Assembly: GCA_043228905.1 (NCBI GenBank)
Contig: JBHGNT010000005.1
Location: forward strand, 15,376,001-15,440,000
Direction of reading: 5' to 3'
Source of the DNA: Azolla caroliniana
Lineage: Eukaryota; Plantae; Polypodiophyta
DNA: 64,000 nucleotides
Positions 57,063-64,000 of the stretch are shown here, one piece after another (within the stretch, counting starts at the first letter, position 1; the number at the start of each line of letters is the position of its first letter). The notes under the pieces were generated by a model. It was not told the DNA's origin. It worked only from the letters and a program-made list of their open reading frames with translations, and did not search any database. Both the position numbers and the translations under genes were made by a program.

Positions 57063-58659
57063 ATTGTGTTAGTTCCTGGATGACTGAATTCAGAAAGTGG
57101 CTTCCTTGGTCGTTGATGAGCTCAATAGGGCAGCCAAAACGACACTAGATGTACTCAGAAAGAAATTTTGTCGTCGCTGTCGCGGTATTTTCTCGTAGTG
57201 CTTTTGCTTCCACCCACTTGGTGCAATAATCACTGGTTGATGTGGCATCCTTGTGACCTCTGTGGGTTGGCCCATCCGTTGACATAGATCACATTTTTTG
57301 CAATAGTCATACGCATCCTTTTGCGTAGTCAGCCACCATAGGCCTACTTGCAACACTGGTTGATGTGGCATCCTTGCGACCTCCGTGGGTTGGCCCGTCT
57401 GTTGACATAGATCGCATTGTTTGCAATAGTCATATGCATCCTTTTGCGTAGTCAGCCACCATAGGCCTACTTGCAAGGCTTTATGAGCCATAACATCGCC
57501 CGTGTAGTGTCCTCCTGCCGTACCACAGTGAGCTTCGCGTAAAACCACTTCCTTCTCATCGTGGCGTATTCCGCGTCGCTAGATTCCGTCGCTGCCTTTG
57601 TGATACATGACCCCTTCGACCAAAAAGAGGTTACGACTTAGAACGGCTAGTTGTTTCTTCTCGTCCGTCCTTAATTGCGGTGGTGGTAATCCTGTGGTCA
57701 GAAAGTATGTCATCTCCATGAACCAACGATTTGGAAAAGCTTTTTCCGTTCTTGTCACTATAGTTGCGATCCACAGGATGTCCGCATTAGGAAAGTCATC
57801 GTCATCCTTTCGCACCATTTCTCCATTATCTATCCTGCTTAAGAAATCCGCTACAACATGTTGCGTACCAGGTCGATGTTGTATAACAAAGTCGAACTCC
57901 TGGAGGAACAACATCCATCTAGCCAGTTTTCCTGTCAGGCACCAAGTATAGCAACACCGTGTGTTCCACATGAACGTAAATTTCTACCCTAGCAGATAAT
58001 GTCGGAATTTATTGATGATGTATATCATACCCAATGCTTCTCGTTCCATTGTGGAGTAGTTACGCTCAACCTTTGATAGCTTCCTACTGGCGTAGTACAC
58101 TGGTTTGTACCAATTTGGCTCCGTGAGTTGCATCAACGCACTACCTATTGCTATATCTGAGGTGTCCACAAAAATGTGAAATGGTTTCCCCCAATCTGGT
58201 GGTTGTACGACTAGTGCTTGAGTCAGCATTATTTTAAGCATGTCGTATGCTTTTTCTTCAGTTGCCGTCCATTTGAAAGATGTATGGTGGACGACGGTGT
58301 GTAAAGGCATGGCGAAATCCACCAAACATCGTAATGTACGACTATGCCAACATATTTGTCCCAGGAAACGACTGAGTGCTTTGGCAGTTGTCGGCATTTT
58401 TGCTTGAATGATTACGGAAATTTTATTAGGATCCATCGCTATCCCCTCCTTGCTGAGGATGTGGCTGAGGAGGGCTCCGCTTGTGACACCGAACATGCAT
58501 TTGGCTTGAATGTGACGCCGAATGCCGAACGTGAATACGAGGAGCATCCCATTTATTTTCTTGATGTAGCTTAGGTATTTACATTTATCTCATCTCTTGT
58601 TTTGATTATTGAGCTTATTGTCAGATGTCTAGGCACTATTGAGATTACAATCACTAGGT

Positions 58660-59671
58660 AATTAGTTGCAATAACTAGTGGCTTGAGCTTCTATCTACAT
58701 TAGAATGTAGTTGATTAGCTACATTCACTCATAGTCAACGATAATTAGGTAAATAGCTACATCAAGTATTGGGCATATCTAATTAGCTACATAAGGTAGG
58801 GGCATAGCTAATTAGGAACATCAAGTCTAGATAGCTATGTCTCCTACTTAAGTACATAACGGGATAGAAATAACTAACTAGCTACTGGCAATAGCTAATT
58901 AGTTGCATCAGAATATGATCATAGCTAATTAGCGGCATCAAAATAGGATCATAGCTAATTAGCTACATTAGAATATGATCATAGCTAAATATCTATTAAC
59001 AATAGCTAACTAGTTGTTGGCAATAGCTAACTATGATCAACCAATTAGCTACACCTATAGCTAAATATGATCATAGCTAACTAGCTACTAGTAATAGCTA
59101 ATTAGCTATTGTCATCTGATTAGCTACCACAATAGCTAATTCAGTACGTCAAAACATGATCATAACTAACTAGCTCTAGAAATAGCTAACTAGCTACTGG
59201 CAATAGCTAACTAGCTATTATCAGCTAATTAGTAACCACTATTGCTAATTAGCTACATCAGAATATGATCATAGCTAACTAGCTATTGGAAATAGCTAAC
59301 AAGTTATTTGTAATAGCTACTTAGCCACCACTATAGGTTATTAGCTACATCAAAATAGCTAATTAGCTAAAACCGGACGACAATAGCTAACTAGCTATTA
59401 TTAGTTAATTACCTATTATCAGCTAATAGTTAACTAGCTATTATCAACTAATTAGCTACCACAATAGCTAATTAGTTACCTGAGAATATGATCATAGCTA
59501 ACTAGCTATTGGAAATAGCTAATTAGCTACTGGTAATAGCTAATTACGTACCACTATAGTTAATTAACTGCATCAAAATAGGTAATTGGCTAAAACCGGA
59601 TGACAATAGCTAACTAGCTACTGGTAGTAGCTAAGTAGCTACACACAAAAGCTAATTAGCTAAGCCAAAAT
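58660..59671. repeat. Array of TAGCTAA(T/C)TAGCTA palindromes
   Basis: Dozens of copies; the same motif occurs at 40590-40745 and 61995-62215. Confidence 0.9.
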
Positions 59672-61994
59672 TGTGCGGAAATAACGCTCGGCCACAACCG
59701 AGTCTTCAACAAGGAATAGAAGAGAACAAACTGAATCCGAGATGACACAGAATGTTTATGTGGAAAACCCTAAACGAGAAAAACCACGAGAGCCCATGGA
59801 ATCCAACTATCACTATGAGAGGAGGAATACAAAGTGAGACTCAGAGGCAACGACCTCGAGTTCTATGTCTTCGCCAATGGCGGTTACAAACAGAAAACTA
59901 GTTCTATCTCTCTCTCTCTCTCTCTCTCTCTCACTCACTGTATACAACAACTCTAACAAATCCCAATAACCATATCCCTATAATAAATTGATTGCCCTAA
60001 GTCATATTTATACTTATCCGACATTTGGGCTATTTACGAATATTGCCTCAATGGGGTAACTATAAAACATATTTACACATATGTCCTTGGATCTGGTTTG
60101 CACTAGATCCATCCACATTAACTCGATACGGTTTCCGGGTCTCATCCGAAACCCTTCCGGATCCGGCTCCTCTGGAGGGACTGAATTCAGTTTGGCATGG
60201 GATTTCTTGCTAATCTGATTCGTCTTCGGCACGCGTCCAGCTTGTTGGTTACAATCACCTTGGTCAACATATCTTATATGTTCTCCTTTGTGTGGATCTT
60301 CGTCAGCGTGAAGTCTTGATCTTCTACTCTCTCTCGGATCCAGTGATACCTCCGCTGGATGTGCTTCGTTAGGGAATGGTAGGCCGCATTCTTCGCAAGG
60401 TGGATGGCACTTTGTTCAGAACTCGACGTTCCTTTTGTCCGACGCTCGGCCACAACCGAGATTCTTTTCATACACAGAAAAACAGGTAATGAAACGTGAC
60501 ACAAAAGAGGAGAAGAAGAGGAGAAATGGTACACAGGAGGTATACGTGGAAAACCCCAAAATAGGGGAAAAACCACGGCAGCCCACAAGCTGCAAACTGT
60601 CACTATGCAGAAATATACAACAGTGAGATCACTGAGGCAACGACCTCGTGTTCTTAGATCTTCGCCACAGGCGGCGGTTACAACAGAGGCAACGACCTCG
60701 TGTCTCTCTCTCTCTCTGTCTCTCTGTACAGTTATGCGCTCTGATTTCTTCTTGCACCAACAAGAAGGAATAACAACAAGAATGACAACAACTACTAAAA
60801 AACTTTGCCCTAAGTCATATTTATACTAATATGACTTTTCGGCTATTTACAAATGTAGCCTCGATGGGCTCCATCCGACTCTCCGCAGTCGGGTGCTCCT
60901 CATCCGGTTCATACCGGGCCTACACCATCCGACTCTCCGCAGTCGGGTACTCCTCATCCGGTTCATACCGGGCCTACACCATCCGACTCTCCGCAGTCGG
61001 GTGCTCCTCATCCGGTTCATACCGGGCCTACACCATCCGACTCTCCGCAGTCGGGTACTCCTCATCCGGTTCATACCGGGCCTACACCATCCGACTTTCC
61101 GAAGTCGGGTTCTCCCTATTCGGTTCATACCGTTTCGGCCTCGGCCGAGTTTGTTCGTCGGCACTGTTCTTCTCCCTTCCCATCCGGAGGGACCTGTCTA
61201 CCAACACACTTTGACTGTCGAAATAGAGCCAGAATTTCTCCTGCCGAATCCCTAGCTCTCCGATGAAGTTCTTCATCTAGATTATCTCCTTGTCGGCTTT
61301 CACCGCTGTCATGTACTCCGCTTCCATTCTCGACAGTGCAACGGACTTCTGAAACCTCGATTGCCATGATACAGCTCCCCCTGCATAAGCCATGTCATAT
61401 CCGGATGTAGACCGGTTGGTATCCGCATCAGCCGACATATCCGAATCTGTGAATCTGTCAAGGTCGGGTTTACCGAAGCCAAACCAGAGACACATACTCG
61501 AGGTGCCTTTCAGATACCGGAGTATCCACTGGACCGCGTTCCTATTCCCTCTTCCTGGATTGCTCATGAACCAGCTGACTACTCCAACAACATATGCAAT
61601 ATCTGGCTGGGTGCACACCATTGTGTACATTAGGCTTCCAACAGCAGAGGAATATGGTATCTTCGTCATACCCGACTTCTCTGCCTTTGTCTTCGGGCTC
61701 TGCTTTCCGGACAACTTGCAATTTTCCGAAGTGTCGATCCGACCGGTTTCGCCTCCAACATGTTGAACCTTTGAAGCACCTTTGTCACATACTTCTCCTG
61801 TGACAACCACAACAATTTCTTCGACCGGTCCCGGATGATGTGCATCCCCAGTATCTGTCTTGCCGGACCCAAATCTTTCATTGAGAAGGTGCGGTTCAGA
61901 GACTTCTTCAGCATTCGGATCTTGATTTGGTCTCGTTCAACGATCAACATGTCGTCCTCATACAGCAGGAGTATGAGGAAGTCACCTCCGTCCA
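59672..61994 (-). mobile_element. Ty1/copia element G 3' fragment, copy 1 (LTR 59672-~60188 with PPT deleted; RNase H/RT to 61994)
   Basis: KHIQRRYHWIRE, AVSWQSRFQKSVALS, LLYEDDML. Confidence 0.88.
60413..61206 (-). mobile_element. Copia solo LTR (794 bp) with 54-bp x5 tandem repeat (60871-~61131)
   Basis: TG...CA ends; perfect 5-bp TSD CACTT (60408-60412, 61207-61211). Confidence 0.92.
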
Positions 61995-62215
61995 ATTAGC
62001 TACCACAACAGCTAATTAGCTAAATGAGAATATGATCATAGCTAACTAGCTACTTGAAATAGCTAATTAGATGTTGGTACTAGCTAATTAGGTACCACTA
62101 TAGTTAATTAGCTACATCAAAATGGGTAATTAGCTAAAACCGAATGACAATAGCTAACTAGCTACTGGTAATAGCTAACTAGCTACACATTAAAGCTAAT
62201 TAGCTACATCAGAAT

Positions 62216-64000
62216 TGTGCGGAAATAATGCTCGGCCATAACCGAGTCTTCAACAAGGAATAGAAGAGAACAAACTGAAACTAAGATGACACAGAATGTT
62301 TCCATGGAAAACGCTAAACGGGAAAAACCACGGGAGCCCATGGACTCCAACTATCACTATGAGAGGAGGAATACAAAGTGAGACTCAAAGGCAACAACCT
62401 CGAGCTCTATGTCTTCGACAATGGCGATTACAAATAGAATACCAGTTCTTTATCTGTGTGTGTGTGTGTGTGTGTGTGTGTATACAACAACTCTACAACA
62501 ACTCACTATAACCATATCCCTATAATAAAGGGATTGCCCTAACTCATATTTATACTTATATGACATTTGGGCTATTTACAAATATAGCTTCGATGGGCTA
62601 ACTATAAAAAATATTTACACATATGTCCTTGAATCCGGTTTGCACCAGATCCATTCGGATTCACTCGATACAGTTTCCGGGTCTCATCCGAAACCCTTCT
62701 GAATCTGGTTCCTTCATCTGGCTCGTCAAATCCAGCTCCTTCGGAACCCTTTTGGATCTGGTTCCTTCATCCGGCTCCTCCGGATCCCATCCAGAGGGAC
62801 CGAATTCCCAACAAATTCCCCCTTTAGTTCAGAATGGGATTTCTTGTTAATCTGATCCGTCTTCAGCACCCGTCCAACTTGTCGGTTACAAGCACCTTGG
62901 TTAGCAAATCTGATCCATTCTCCTTCATGTGGATCTTCGTCAGCACGAAGTCTTGATCTTCTACTCTCTCCCGGATCCAATGATACCTCCGTTGTATGTG
63001 CTTCGTCCAGGAATGGTAGGTCGCATTCTTCGCAAGTTGGATGGCACTTTGACTATCGAAATAGAGCCGGATTCCTCTTGCCAGATCCCTAGCTCTCCGA
63101 TGAAGTTCTTCATCCAGATTATCTCTTTGCCGGCTTCCAAAGCTGCCATGCACTCCGCTTCCATTGTCGATAGTGCAACGGACTTCTGCAACCTCGACTG
63201 CCATGATACAGTTCCCTCTACATAGGCCATGTCATATCTGGATGTAGACCGGCTGGTATCCGCATCAACGGACATATCCGAATTTGTGAATCTGTCAAGT
63301 TGGGGTATACCGAAGCCAAACCGGAGAGAAATACTCGAGGTGCCTTTCAAATACTGGAGTATCCACTTGACCGCATTCCAATTCTCTTTTCCTAGATTGC
63401 TCATGAACCGGTTGACTACTCCGACAACATAATATGCAATATCTAGCCGGGTGCACACCATTGCGTACATTAGGCTTCCGACGGCAAAGGCATATGGTAT
63501 CTTTGTCATATCTGACTTCTCTGCCTTTGTCTTCGAGCTCTACTTTCCGGACAACTTGTAGTTTTCCGGAAGTGTCAATCCGACCGGTTTCGCCTCTGAC
63601 ATGTTGAACCTTTGAAGCACCTTTGTCATGTACTTCTCCTGTGACAACCACAACAGTTTCTTTGACCGGTCCCGGATGATGTGCATCCCTGGTATCTGTC
63701 TCGCCGAACCCAAATCTTTCATTGAGAAGGTCCGGTTCAAAGACTTCTTTAGCATTCGGATTTTGATTTGGTCTCGTTCGACAATCAACATGTCGTCCAC
63801 ATATAGAAGGAGTATCAAGAAGTCACCTCCGTCCAATTTCTTCATAAACATGCAATGATCAGATTGTGTCTTGTGGTACCCTTGGTTGCTCATGAAGGAG
63901 TAGAACTTCTGGTACCATTGCCAGGGGGCTTGCTTCAATCCGTATAAGCTCTTCTTTTGCCAGCATATGAGGTGCTCCTTGCCTTTCTTCTCAAATCCTT
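62216..64000 (-). mobile_element. Ty1/copia element G, copy 2 (3' LTR 62216-62813, PPT, RNase H, RT); runs off the window
   Basis: PPT AAAGGGGGAATT beside the LTR; LLYVDDML, SLYGLKQAP. Confidence 0.92.

Larger units (their letters stand above)
47556..58545 (-). mobile_element. 5'-truncated non-chromoviral Ty3/gypsy element E (RT end, RNase H, integrase, extra ORF, 3' LTR ~47556-48050), split by copia D
   Basis: FHIFVDTSDIAIG...YYASRKLS..ERNY; HCGTAGGH...CDLC; YYPHVNGLAESTNK; WTGPY motif; integrase rejoins across copia D. Confidence 0.9.

Noticed and set aside
57231-57476. Novel double zinc-finger integrase
   Set aside because: A simple 123-bp tandem duplication beside a deletion in a dead element
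60831-61255. ORFs with an 18-aa repeat
   Set aside because: They are produced by the 54-bp LTR minisatellite and are open in several frames

Overview
This is eukaryotic plant genomic DNA; the TE repertoire suggests a seed-free land plant (inference). Bases 1-5044 hold the last five coding exons of a ubiquitin-specific protease gene (UBP8/9/10-like). The remaining ~59 kb is a nested transposon cluster: two hAT-type MITEs, three near full-length copies of one Ty1/copia family, other copia and Ty3/gypsy fragments, three solo LTRs, LINE remnants and several palindromic or hierarchical tandem arrays. The main finding is a TIR DNA transposon present in two copies (34011-38564 with both TIRs and a 4-bp TSD; 43624 to at least 47555). 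It carries a spliced, now decayed gene for a bacterial-type beta-class N4-cytosine/N6-adenine DNA methyltransferase with a ParB-like N-terminal segment. In the first copy this gene lies back-to-back with a transposase-like remnant, across an array of about 28 helically phased 23-bp palindromes. Other findings include tRNA-like Pol III promoter modules inside two LTRs, a copia Pol tail bracketed by duplicated polypurine tracts, and a (GA)31 tract in place of a splice-acceptor pyrimidine tract. All calls come from reading the sequence by eye; no searches were run.
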